Virus record (IMG/VR): IMGVR_UViG_3300032144_000015
Span: 1-50,919 of that record
Strand: one strand, 5' to 3'
Length of the DNA stretch: 50,919 nt
From: a virus
The notes below the pieces were generated by a model. It saw only the letters and a program-made list of their open reading frames with translations, did no database searches and was not told the DNA's origin. Position numbers and translations under genes: made by a program. This document shows, piece after piece, positions 1-8,442 of this stretch (the first letter of the stretch is position 1; each line of letters begins with the position of its first letter).

Positions 1-127
1 TCCCCCAACGGCTGTTATAGGCCTGGGCGAGTTTCGTCAGGTGATCGGCCGTAACCTTGACCGGACCGTCGGCGGATTCGAAGTCGCCCTCGTAGACAAA
101 GCGTGCACGCCGGTCGATGAAATCAGG
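1..127. repeat. Terminal direct repeat identical to 50793-50919 (circular assembly overlap)
   Basis: Bases 1-127 (tcccccaacggctgttatagg...cggtcgatgaaatcagg) recur exactly at the 3' end of the window. An ORF is continuous and in frame across the junction. Confidence 0.95.
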
Positions 128-193
128 GATGACCTCGCCCGCCTTATAATCGAACAGGTCGATCGCCCCGGAGTTGGATAGTCGAACCAGCAT
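1..193 (-). CDS. N-terminal segment of the prohead protease/scaffold gene (same gene as 49516-50919, joined through the circular junction)
   Basis: Minus-strand ATG at 193 with AAAGGA upstream. It translates MLVRLSNSGAIDLFDYKAGEVIPDFIDRRARFVYEGDFESADGPVKVTADHLTKLAQAYNSRWG... and continues in frame into 50792 and downward. Confidence 0.7.
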   Translation of the reverse strand, partial: MLVRLSNSGAIDLFDYKAGEVIPDFIDRRARFVYEGDFESADGPVKVTADHLTKLAQAYNSRWG

Positions 194-205
194 ACGGTGT
201 CCTTT

Positions 206-1126
206 CTAGCGCCCTGTCCACTCCTCGGGAAGCGGGGCCGGGCTGTTGTTACGTCGCCAGCGCGAACGATCCTCGATCAGCGCACGGTGGCGAGGGTTTT
301 GCGAAGTCAGCGGCAGCACTTCGCTCCTGCAGTTCCAATGACATGGCGGCTGCTCGCGCTGAAACAGCGGATCGGTTTTGCTGTATACCAAGCCGTGACG
401 GGTTTTGCACCAATCTGTCGTCCGATGGTCTCTTATAGCCATGAACAGATAGTGCGTGACGTCGTCCGACTGATCGTAAACGTTTACCCGGGTTTTGTTG
501 TAATAGTACGTGGTCTCGGTCTCGACGATCATTTTCGCACGCGTGTAGGCGACGTCGGCGCCTTTCATGATTTCAGAGACAGCCTGCTTTCGCTCGCCGG
601 TCGTGCCTTTCCGGAACTGCTCGCCGTAGCGAACCCAGTATTCCTGCACGCGCCTGAGGTATTCATCGTGAATCCGCTTGGCCAGCGCACGCTGACGGGG
701 CGGGATGTAGTTTTTTTTCCGAAAGTAGTCCCACATTTGTCTCAGTTCAGCGAAGTTTTTCGGCACTCCTGCGCGGGGCGGGCTGCCCGACGACAGCTGG
801 CTTGGGCCAGGGACGCGGGGCTGATAGTCGACCGAGTGATCGAGGGCGATCTGCATAACGTCGAGGCTATGCCGCATGACGAGATCCTGAAAATCAACGT
901 CCGAAAACTTGAGACGGCCCGTCTCGGCCGCGTTCTCGAGGATACTTTGGGTCATCCGTTCCATTTCCCGCTCGAACCGCGATTTCCATTTTGAGTCGAG
1001 TTTATTCACGTCGGCGGCTGACAGCCGGACTTTCCGGAGGGTATCGGGGCCAAGTAAAAGGGAAAGCCGCGCCCAAAAATCATGGACGTCATCGCTGGCT
1101 TGTTTTACGCTGCGCATTGCAAGCAC
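206..1126 (-). CDS. Head morphogenesis protein, Mu gpF / SPP1 gp7 family
   Basis: 306-aa ORF. The C-terminal region (...HRTTDWCKTRHGLVYSKTD...PPCHWNCRSEVLPL) matches the conserved MuF-type Cys/His motif. It lies between the portal and protease-scaffold genes. Start is GTG 1126 or ATG 1117, neither with a clear SD. Confidence 0.8.
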   Translation of the reverse strand: MLAMRSVKQASDDVHDFWARLSLLLGPDTLRKVRLSAADVNKLDSKWKSRFEREMERMTQSILENAAETGRLKFSDVDFQDLVMRHSLDVMQIALDHSVDYQPRVPGPSQLSSGSPPRAGVPKNFAELRQMWDYFRKKNYIPPRQRALAKRIHDEYLRRVQEYWVRYGEQFRKGTTGERKQAVSEIMKGADVAYTRAKMIVETETTYYYNKTRVNVYDQSDDVTHYLFMAIRDHRTTDWCKTRHGLVYSKTDPLFQREQPPCHWNCRSEVLPLTSQNPRHRALIEDRSRWRRNNSPAPLPEEWTGR

Positions 1127-1159
1127 GCTTTATAACCTGTAGGAACGGAGGCTTGTGTT

Positions 1160-1690
1160 ATGGCGAACATTATCAAACTACACCTTGGTTGTGGACCTCA
1201 TATTTTACAAAATTTTAAAAATGTAGACTTAATGCCGGGCCCTGGCGGCATTCAGTGGGACCTTCGGCAGGGAATCCAGGAGGAGACCGGGACTGTCGAC
1301 GTCATCTTTACCGAACACCTTATCGAGCACCTGAAACAGAGGGAAGGGGTTTTTTTCCTGGCCGACTGTTACCGCTGCCTGAAACCTGGGGGCGTGCTTC
1401 GCGTGTCGACGCCAAGCCTTAAAAGTCTGGTAAATGACTATCGCATGAAAAAACTGGATCGGTTCCGCGGAACCTGGGAACCCGAAACGCCGGCACGCAT
1501 GCTGAACGAAGCATTCCGGCTTTGGGGCCATGAGTTTTTATATGATATCGATGAACTAGTGAATGTCTTATACAGCGTTGGATTCGCGGAGGTCATCGAA
1601 CGGGATTGGCACAAAAGCCGGCACCTGGACCTTCAGAACCTCGAGGTAAGGCCTTACCGAAACGATCTGATCGTGGAAGCCACCAAATGA
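1160..1690 (+). CDS. Class I SAM-dependent methyltransferase
   Basis: 176 aa with GGAGG 9 nt upstream. Motif I LHLGCGPHILQNFKNVDL, then DVIFTEHLIEHL and LKPGGVLRVSTP, typical of the Methyltransf_11/23-like fold. Opposite strand to the surrounding head genes. Confidence 0.7.
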   Translation: MANIIKLHLGCGPHILQNFKNVDLMPGPGGIQWDLRQGIQEETGTVDVIFTEHLIEHLKQREGVFFLADCYRCLKPGGVLRVSTPSLKSLVNDYRMKKLDRFRGTWEPETPARMLNEAFRLWGHEFLYDIDELVNVLYSVGFAEVIERDWHKSRHLDLQNLEVRPYRNDLIVEATK

Positions 1691-2523
1691 CAAAGCACGT
1701 GATTATCGGCGCTGGAAACCTCGGCGCTTCCCTCGCAATTTCCCTAAGCGATAAAAACCCTTCGATGTATGACCGAAAAATTTTGGAAATTTTCCCACAA
1801 TTTCTTAGGCACCTTCGCCAGGATCCGCCGGATTTTCTGTGGTGGTGTATCGGAGGAGGCTATAAAAGAAACCTCGACGAGGAGTTGTCGAGGCGCTTAT
1901 CGGTAGAAATGCCCCTCGAATTACTCGACCAGGTTTCCCCAAGTACCAGCCTGGCCTTTTTTTCGAGTGCGGATTGTGTAGATTCATCCTATCCCGAAGA
2001 TCCGAGAAAGCGCAACAATAGTCCTGCACGCACCGTGTTCGCAAAATATAAGGGCCAGCTCGAGGGAATCATTATGTCGAGGCGTCGCCCACGGACCGCG
2101 GTCGTGCGCGTGTCGGAAATTTACGGAACCCACCGGCCGCTCGACACCTTTCCCGGTCGGCTGCTGTCGACCGCCTGGCCCGATCAGCCCCTCATATTTC
2201 CGAGTAACGAAATAACGCCGACGCCGAGCGATTGGCTGGCCGAGGTGCTCGTCAAGTGCCTGTCGGAGGGCCTGTTCTCGGAGGAGGGCGAGACTTTCCA
2301 CCACGCAGCCCCCTGGGGTTCTGTCTCTACGCTCCAGTGGGCTAAAATGATATTCGACTCCACAAAGCCAAATAAGGCCAGGGTAAGCTTCATCGAGCGC
2401 GTCTGCTGGAACGATAAACGGCCAAGGGCCTCGGCGCTCGGCTGCTCGCTGCCGCTGAAGGTTGACCACTGGTCCACGCTATGGCTGAAGCACTTTCGGC
2501 GCGAGGACTATCAGAAACCCTAG
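1687..2523 (+). CDS. NAD(P)-binding Rossmann-fold (SDR-like) protein, possible sugar-nucleotide epimerase/reductase
   Basis: ATG 1687 overlaps the upstream stop (ATGA). N-terminus is MTKHVIIGAGNLGASLAISL (a GxGxxG-type dinucleotide loop). Size (~278 aa) and the FAKYKGQLE segment fit RmlD/epimerase-like proteins, but no canonical YxxxK is seen. Confidence 0.45.
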   Translation: MTKHVIIGAGNLGASLAISLSDKNPSMYDRKILEIFPQFLRHLRQDPPDFLWWCIGGGYKRNLDEELSRRLSVEMPLELLDQVSPSTSLAFFSSADCVDSSYPEDPRKRNNSPARTVFAKYKGQLEGIIMSRRRPRTAVVRVSEIYGTHRPLDTFPGRLLSTAWPDQPLIFPSNEITPTPSDWLAEVLVKCLSEGLFSEEGETFHHAAPWGSVSTLQWAKMIFDSTKPNKARVSFIERVCWNDKRPRASALGCSLPLKVDHWSTLWLKHFRREDYQKP

Positions 2524-2549
2524 GTGTTTTCCATGCCTCGAATCTCTTT

Positions 2550-2586
2550 AGGGGCGCTCGCGGTCGTAAACGGAGCGCCTGTTTTC
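2550..2586 (+). terminator. Rho-independent terminator after the plus-strand MTase/SDR cassette
   Basis: Stem ggcgctc (2553-2559) / gagcgcc (2573-2579) followed by tgttttc. Confidence 0.6.
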
Positions 2587-2736
2587 GCTGGATTTAACCG
2601 CTATGATGGTTTAGCATGTCTCTGTGGTTGGGGGCGTGTAGGCCTCGGGCTATAGATGTAATGGTCGATAGGCCCAAGGTCATCGGCCGCGCTCCTGATC
2701 ACAACCATCTCCTCCAGTTCTCACGCGCATACCCTC

Positions 2737-2777
2737 AAAAATAAAATCGCACGCCACCAATATTTAGGCGGCGTGCG
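2737..2777 (-). terminator. Rho-independent terminator downstream of the portal gene (minus strand)
   Basis: 8-bp stem cgcacgcc (2748-2755) / ggcgtgcg (2770-2777). On the minus strand it is followed by AUUUUAUUUUU (plus-strand A-rich run 2737-2746). Confidence 0.65.
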
Positions 2778-2863
2778 CGAGACTTCTGAGGTTCCTAAGA
2801 AAGTCCCTGTTGAAAAGTTGGATGATGAAAGCAAGACAGCTTTACGTCCAAGTTTATCATGAA

Positions 2864-4438
2864 TCAGGGCTTTTCATCGTCCCCTTCACTACTGCCTTTG
2901 TCTTGAGGATTTTCGTCATCTTTATATTCTCCTGCCACCCCTTCGTCACGCTCGTCAATGATTGGTTTGGTGCGAGGGGCGTAGCCGAGTTTATCCCGCG
3001 TCTGATTCAGGTCGGAAAGGTCGGTATGATCGATCGCGCCGGTGTTCACGGCTTTCTCGATAATGCCCATTTCCTTATCGCGCTCGTCCTGACTTAGCTC
3101 CTGTTTGGAAAAAATCCCAACTCCGTCCTGGCGCCAGGCACTTTCCGGAAAGTTATACATCAGGAGCTGGAAAATATAGGACTGCAGCCAAACGTCGGTG
3201 ACTCCTGCGTTCATCCCGTCGAGGATTTTATCCCATGTGCGCGCGTGCTCCTGGCCAAGGGCGAAGGATCCTGCGCCATCGCCGTTATTAAAGACGAGGC
3301 TGGGAATCAAAAGTCCCCGGAGGATTCCCTGATTACACTTATCGATCGCCGCCAGGAAATCGTCGGCGTTACTGCCCCGGCCCAGTTCCTGGAGCGAATA
3401 GACGGTATCCTTTCGGCCCGGAAGCGTGATCACGCTATCGTTATGGACGTTCGCAAAAGCCTTGGCGACGGCCTGGGCTGCGCTGATTCCCTTCATGACG
3501 TTGCCGCGTCCTTCGTTTCCCTTATGAACGCCCTGAGACTGATCCTGGACCGTGGCATTCCCATCGGCGAATACGACCGTCAGAGGCGTGCCCTTGCGAT
3601 CGAGGGCGACCGACAGCATGCGAATGTAGGCGTCCTTGGTAACCCACCACTTATAGACGCGGCGCAGGAGCGAGCGGCCATAAGGGTTCGCATTCTGGCC
3701 TGGACCTTGAAAGGCGAAGTGTATGCATTTTTGCCGCGGAATCCGGACGGACATATAGCTGTAGGTGTTGCCGGTTCGGACGGGCCAGGGCATGTCACCG
3801 TATTTCGCCCAAGGATCGGGGTAACCAGGCCATGCCGCTCCGATCGAAAACCCAAGGTAAGGCGTCTGGCCGTAGGATATTCCGCCGGGATAATAGTTCC
3901 GCTGATACTGCAGAATGCCGTCCCAAGTCAGTTCCCCCGTGCGCTCCGCTTCGAACAGGATACTGGACTGGGGCAGGGGCGGCATTTTTTTCGCGATGTA
4001 ACCGAGATCGGTATTCGCCCAGACCATCTCCTGAACTGCGAACCCCGCCCACGCAGCTTCGAGCGTGTTTCTGAGGTTCGAGTAGAACCCGCCCTCCAGT
4101 TCGGCCAGGGCTTTGTTGACGAATTCGGTGACCTCCTTACTCTTATGGACATACGGCCCGATCCGCGCAGCGAGGCAGATCTGAAGGAAATCGACGCCCG
4201 CGCCGACGGTCTCGTCGGTGTCGACCATCCGTTTAAACGTGTCGACCGACACCGTGCTCGGGTTCTGGATGAATTTATAGAATTGATTGTAGAGCGCTGG
4301 AATCGGCGTTCCGAGCTGGATCTGCTCGTTCTGACTTTGTGTTTCGATCTCGGATTTTTTCGCGAGCAGATTATCGTCGTTAATCGGATCAAGCTTGGCA
4401 GGAACTACGGGCATGATTGGCTTCATTCCCTCGGGCAT
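2864..4438 (-). CDS. Portal protein (Mu gp29 / DUF935-like)
   Basis: 524 aa, immediately downstream of the large terminase. N-terminal region (...FKRMVDTDETVGAGVDFLQICLAARIG...) and size fit DUF935-type portals. Acidic C-terminal tail. Confidence 0.8.
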   Translation of the reverse strand: MPEGMKPIMPVVPAKLDPINDDNLLAKKSEIETQSQNEQIQLGTPIPALYNQFYKFIQNPSTVSVDTFKRMVDTDETVGAGVDFLQICLAARIGPYVHKSKEVTEFVNKALAELEGGFYSNLRNTLEAAWAGFAVQEMVWANTDLGYIAKKMPPLPQSSILFEAERTGELTWDGILQYQRNYYPGGISYGQTPYLGFSIGAAWPGYPDPWAKYGDMPWPVRTGNTYSYMSVRIPRQKCIHFAFQGPGQNANPYGRSLLRRVYKWWVTKDAYIRMLSVALDRKGTPLTVVFADGNATVQDQSQGVHKGNEGRGNVMKGISAAQAVAKAFANVHNDSVITLPGRKDTVYSLQELGRGSNADDFLAAIDKCNQGILRGLLIPSLVFNNGDGAGSFALGQEHARTWDKILDGMNAGVTDVWLQSYIFQLLMYNFPESAWRQDGVGIFSKQELSQDERDKEMGIIEKAVNTGAIDHTDLSDLNQTRDKLGYAPRTKPIIDERDEGVAGEYKDDENPQDKGSSEGDDEKP

Positions 4439-4458
4439 GGCGCTTACTCCTAATCGGG

Positions 4459-5904
4459 TTATCCTCGCAGTAAACCATACTCGGAGCGGATCTGTGAAGA
4501 AACGTTATGGGCGTCATCCCGCACAAATTCTGAAATGGGCGGGAATAGCTTAAAGCATGCGTAGCCGCCGCCGTCCGAGGCATGCGTTCGCTGGACGTTT
4601 CCACCATCGGACAGCTTTCCGCGCCCGCTTTGGCCGGTCGTCGGTTTCCAGCCGACATACTTCATGTCGTCATCGAAGTGGGGGCAGGTGTCAGGGTTAT
4701 AGGTTTGATGGACTTCGCCAAGGGCGTTGCAGAGTAGCCTGTTCATGTTCTCGACGCGTTTTTTCACTCGCGGATTCTGGCCGTCGTCCGAATCGAAATA
4801 GTCGATAGAGTTTCCACAGTTGTTTTTATTCATGACCATCGCTATCTGATCGTAATCAGTGATTCCAGCGTTGCTCGTCGTGCCGACACCTCCGGAGCAG
4901 TCGCCAAATATTCGGTAAAAAAATCCTGGAAAGCGTGTAATCAGAATGATGGTCATCGATTCGGTGGAAATTTCTGATTCAGAGATCTCGGCGAACCAGT
5001 GAATCATGTCGCCGTAATACTCGCCATTAGGCCCGTAGAGATCGGGGCCGACCTGCCCCACCATCCAGATACACGGTGCCGGCGAGAAATTGAAATCGCA
5101 GCCGACGACGAGCGGCCGATCTCGATTCGGATATTCATCGCCCCACGGAGCGCGGGAACGCTTATTCTTCGCACTCGCGGCGTAATAGGCCCGTCCTCCA
5201 AGGACGTTCACGTGCTCGGCGTCCAGTTCCTGAGCAGCTTTCAGGGGGCTATAGCGGCGGGCCATGCCGTTATACCAGTCCATTGTCTGAATGCCGATTT
5301 TAACGATCTCGATCGTTCGTACGTGCATGCTGCCGTAAAGGAGATCGCCCGGCTTAGCTGCTTTGAAGAACGTGTTATAAACCCAGTCCTCGCCGTTTGT
5401 GGTCGTTCCCACCAATCCCTTGATGTATTTGGATTCGCGGAGTCGGCCGAGGATCACGTCGAACGTTTCTTCGGGCGTGTCCCTGGATTCGTCCATGACA
5501 TACCATGAAAACTCGAGACCGCGGAGGGCGTCTGGATCGGAAAGGACACGGATGAAAGCATACGACACGTTTCCCGTGCGAGGGTTCCGGACCGTCAGGA
5601 TATTTAGATAGGACTTGAATTTCCGCTCCTTCGTCCATGCAGGTGGCGGCATGCGATCGATGACGAATTCGAGACCGTACTCGGTCATCCAGTAAAACAG
5701 CGCTTTAAGCGTAACGCCCGACAGCTGATCGTGGCTGTTCGCTCCGATCAGTCCTGTCAGCTTCGGATAGTTCAGAAAGTGGAAAATCGCGAATATCGCC
5801 TCGGCCATGGTTTTCCCAAGGCCGACGCCGCCGAAGAAACAAAAGTGAGTGAAGGGATTCAGGACTGCTGCCGTCTGCCACGGGGTTAGGGCGACGGTAG
5901 GCAT
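4459..5904 (-). CDS. terL: Terminase large subunit
   Basis: 481 aa. Walker A FFGGVGLGKTMA and Walker B-like FSWYVMDESRD, with a C-terminal nuclease-size domain. Sits directly upstream of the portal. Confidence 0.9.
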   Translation of the reverse strand: MPTVALTPWQTAAVLNPFTHFCFFGGVGLGKTMAEAIFAIFHFLNYPKLTGLIGANSHDQLSGVTLKALFYWMTEYGLEFVIDRMPPPAWTKERKFKSYLNILTVRNPRTGNVSYAFIRVLSDPDALRGLEFSWYVMDESRDTPEETFDVILGRLRESKYIKGLVGTTTNGEDWVYNTFFKAAKPGDLLYGSMHVRTIEIVKIGIQTMDWYNGMARRYSPLKAAQELDAEHVNVLGGRAYYAASAKNKRSRAPWGDEYPNRDRPLVVGCDFNFSPAPCIWMVGQVGPDLYGPNGEYYGDMIHWFAEISESEISTESMTIILITRFPGFFYRIFGDCSGGVGTTSNAGITDYDQIAMVMNKNNCGNSIDYFDSDDGQNPRVKKRVENMNRLLCNALGEVHQTYNPDTCPHFDDDMKYVGWKPTTGQSGRGKLSDGGNVQRTHASDGGGYACFKLFPPISEFVRDDAHNVSSQIRSEYGLLRG

Positions 5905-5906
5905 GT

Positions 5907-6185
5907 CTATCCCAGTTCCATAACTGAATTTTCATCATCAGCAATAGCCTGTAGAACAGGATTTTCTACAGGAATCCAATCATCAGCAATAGCCTGTTCA
6001 ACTTTTATCGGACAGTTTCCATCCACGCTCAATATTGCGCCATTCAATGGATGATTCAGCCAAATTTTCCATATTCCATTTTCATCCAATATGTATGCTT
6101 TCCCATCCATTCCAAGCGCATATTTTTTTACAGCCCATTTTCGCTGCGCAAGAAATGAAATTGACAGTGCTTCATGAAGCCTCAT
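5907..6185 (-). CDS. Hypothetical protein (AT-rich insert between TerS candidate and TerL)
   Basis: 92-aa ORF, visibly more AT-rich than its neighbours. Contains an in-frame 19-nt perfect direct repeat (5934-5952 and 5979-5997) encoding QAIADD twice. Confidence 0.45.
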   Translation of the reverse strand: MRLHEALSISFLAQRKWAVKKYALGMDGKAYILDENGIWKIWLNHPLNGAILSVDGNCPIKVEQAIADDWIPVENPVLQAIADDENSVMELG

Positions 6186-6934
6186 GTTGTCTCCAATGGC
6201 GATTCAACGTCGATCACAGTCCCGTCGACAGGTTTATTATCGTAGAACCCAGCCATGATATCCCTTAGCGCCATGGCGTCCATGGGCCCCGATTGGCCAA
6301 GGACTTCGAGTTTCCAGCCCTGATCCTCTGCCGTTTCCGTCTCGAACTGCTTCGGATCTGTGAACAGTTCGGCGTCCTTGACCGACCAATTATCGAGCAT
6401 GAGGGCCTTATGCTTAAACTCGGTCGTGACTTTCATTCCGACGGCGAGCGAGGTCAGCTCGGAGGTTTTAATCTTACTGAACGCGGGAACGAAGTCCTCG
6501 AGTTTTCCCTGGTTCGCGTACTCGACACGGCGTTTATTATCGTCGCCGATGGTCTGGATAATGTCGTTCGTCCGTTTCTTTAAAATGGCCATGACCGCGT
6601 CAGCTGTTTCCGGGTATTCCCGCAGCGTTTTCAGGACGTCGGCGTGCCAGCTGGCACGGTGTTTAAAGAGACTTTCGCCGACCTCCTCGGACTGCTCGCG
6701 GGCTATGATCAGCCGTTTCTCGGTGGCCCAGTCCCTGAATTCATCATGGGGTTTTTCGATCCGCGGATTGAGGCCCATCGACTTGGCGAACGGCGTCCAC
6801 TCGATATGATTCGACTTCATGTAGAGGATTTTTTCCTGCTCCTTCGGAAACCGCTTTATAGGCTGGTTTTCCTGGCCCTGGGAACCGCTGCCGACGGAGT
6901 GCAGGTGGCGCTTTGGTTTTTCCTCGTCACTCAT
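6182..6934 (-). CDS. Putative terminase small subunit / packaging DNA-recognition protein
   Basis: Start re-picked to ATG 6934 (MSDEEKPKRH...), 5 nt after the upstream stop. Called by its position upstream of terL. No motif recognised. Confidence 0.4.
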   Translation of the reverse strand: MSDEEKPKRHLHSVGSGSQGQENQPIKRFPKEQEKILYMKSNHIEWTPFAKSMGLNPRIEKPHDEFRDWATEKRLIIAREQSEEVGESLFKHRASWHADVLKTLREYPETADAVMAILKKRTNDIIQTIGDDNKRRVEYANQGKLEDFVPAFSKIKTSELTSLAVGMKVTTEFKHKALMLDNWSVKDAELFTDPKQFETETAEDQGWKLEVLGQSGPMDAMALRDIMAGFYDNKPVDGTVIDVESPLETT

Positions 6935-6938
6935 TCGC

Positions 6939-7238
6939 TTAGCCCTGGGCCGCTGACAGCTGGCGAAGGTCGACGCATTCCCGCTGAAGCGATTCGAATT
7001 CAGTCGGCGAGATGAAATCACGGATCAGCGCGTCGCCGCAGGCCCGGATGAAATCCGAGACGGTCACGCCCTTGGTTCTGCAGATAGTTTGGATGAGCTC
7101 AAGTTTTTTGGGATGAAATCGGATATTCATGTTTTTCTTGGCGGCGGCGTGCAGCGCTTCGCTGGCGCGTGTAAGCTGAGTCGCTTCGTCCAGTGCGTCA
7201 TGCACCGTTGACAGACCAACGTCAAATTGCATTTTCAA
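6939..7238 (-). CDS. Small DNA-binding protein, ribbon-helix-helix-like
   Basis: 99 aa with RBS GGGGAGGA upstream. The segment NIRFHPKKLELIQTICRTKGVTVSDFIRACG has a beta-strand + two-helix pattern like CopG/Arc folds. Confidence 0.4.
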   Translation of the reverse strand: MKMQFDVGLSTVHDALDEATQLTRASEALHAAAKKNMNIRFHPKKLELIQTICRTKGVTVSDFIRACGDALIRDFISPTEFESLQRECVDLRQLSAAQG

Positions 7239-7316
7239 TAGTCCTCCCCTTATGGCGCTCGCGCAGCTGTTTTACGCTGCGTGATACACCTAATTTATCA
7301 GCTTACCAAGTCGCTT

Positions 7317-7709
7317 TCAATAATAAGGTTCGACTATGGAGATGGCTTCCTCCATAAGGATCGTGGTCAAGCCGAGGCTGTCCTCGAACTGGATCTGGAG
7401 GTTCGAACTGTCGGTCGCTTTCATCGCTAGCGTGTCGATCCGCGTGATTTCGAATATTATGGCGCCAGCCTGGTCGGGGCGATCCGAACCGACACCAAGG
7501 ACGAGCACGGGCGCGGTCCCGGTCGCTGGAGGGAAATAAGCCGAAGGGGGCTCGGACATGGCTGCGAACGGATAAGGCCTGTCGGTGCCGGCCCAGTAAA
7601 CCTGGACCACTATGTAGGCGTCCTCGCCGCGCACGATCGCGGGCGTACGGCGCTGCGTAATGCGGGCTTTGAGGCCGCCGTTATCGAACATGCCTATCTC
7701 CAGTCCCAT
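7317..7709 (-). CDS. Hypothetical protein
   Basis: Start re-picked to ATG 7709 (MGLEIGMFDNGG...), preceded by GAAGGGGGGAAG. 130 aa, beta-rich. Confidence 0.55.
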   Translation of the reverse strand: MGLEIGMFDNGGLKARITQRRTPAIVRGEDAYIVVQVYWAGTDRPYPFAAMSEPPSAYFPPATGTAPVLVLGVGSDRPDQAGAIIFEITRIDTLAMKATDSSNLQIQFEDSLGLTTILMEEAISIVEPYY

Positions 7710-7735
7710 GACTTCCCCCCTTCGTTTTGGATTTT

Positions 7736-8194
7736 CTACTGCGAGCATACCCCGGTCTGGCCGCCGCCGCCGATCGTAATGTCGGCTTCGATGGTTTTCC
7801 GTTCCGTGCAGCCAGGCCCCTCGTCGTCGTCATCGTCTGGCAAAAGGCCGACCGGTCCCATACAGTTATGCTTGACGCGCCGAAGGTTGACGCTGACACG
7901 CGACTGGGGTTCGAGCAGCATTCCAGCGTTCTCGAAAATCGCTTTCAGCACGGCCGCGACCTCGAGGGAATCGTCCAGATCGCCGCCGACGCGAAGGGCG
8001 TCCTGGGGCAGCGTGCCGAGCGTCGTAATCGTGCACTCGCCGTACGTGCAGAGGCGAAGGTCGGTCGTTCCTCCAGGATATTTCGCCGACAGTGCGCTCT
8101 GGACGGTCTGCTGGAGCTGCTGATTTTGGAGGCCAGCGGCTGCCGGCAGTGTAAAGACGAGACTAAACAGAAACGTGAAAATAAGGCGGATCAT
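7736..8194 (-). CDS. Secreted protein (signal peptide)
   Basis: RBS AAAGGAG. N-terminus MIRLIFTFLFSLVFTLPAAAG looks like a cleavable signal peptide. Several Cys residues and an Asp run (PDDDDDEGPGC). Confidence 0.6.
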   Translation of the reverse strand: MIRLIFTFLFSLVFTLPAAAGLQNQQLQQTVQSALSAKYPGGTTDLRLCTYGECTITTLGTLPQDALRVGGDLDDSLEVAAVLKAIFENAGMLLEPQSRVSVNLRRVKHNCMGPVGLLPDDDDDEGPGCTERKTIEADITIGGGGQTGVCSQ

Positions 8195-8196
8195 AC

Positions 8197-8442
8197 CTAC
8201 ACTCTCCTTTCGTAGCTATTTCGCGACAAAGGGTTAGTGTATTTCCTCCATGCCTTATTTTCGAGTTTTTTTAAGCAGCGCTTACAGTTGATTTCCGAAG
8301 TCTCTGAGAACAGCCAGCGCGTCTGGCGACGGCCAGGGGAAAGGCCGCAGGCCGATTGATAGAGGCGGACAGCATGATAGGTCGGGTGTTCACTCAGCAT
8401 GTCGAGCGTTCCCGTTCGGTATTCCTTATCCTCTACGCCCAT
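8197..8442 (-). CDS. Hypothetical protein
   Basis: 81-aa ORF whose ATG overlaps the end of the upstream glycosyltransferase gene. Contains CKRC plus an upstream Cys (possible small zinc motif). Confidence 0.45.
   Translation of the reverse strand: MGVEDKEYRTGTLDMLSEHPTYHAVRLYQSACGLSPGRRQTRWLFSETSEINCKRCLKKLENKAWRKYTNPLSRNSYERRV

Noticed and set aside
1-127. Interpreting the 127-bp end repeat as a biological direct terminal repeat or cos region
   Set aside because: The repeat lies in the middle of an essential ORF and its length matches a common assembler k-mer. An assembly overlap is the simpler explanation.
197-994. 265-aa plus-strand ORF antisense to the MuF-like gene
   Set aside because: It has Arg/Val/Leu/Pro-rich shadow-ORF composition and no RBS. 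The opposite strand encodes a protein with the recognisable MuF C-terminal motif.
1101-1114. 14-nt identity (tgttttacgctgcg) with 7268-7281
   Set aside because: A single 14-mer match within 50 kb on two strands is expected by chance. One copy is coding and the other intergenic, and the flanks are not similar.
3245-4453. 402-aa plus-strand ORF antisense to the portal gene
   Set aside because: It has shadow-frame composition (Arg/Gly/Leu/Asp-rich). The minus-strand product has portal-like features and fits the operon.
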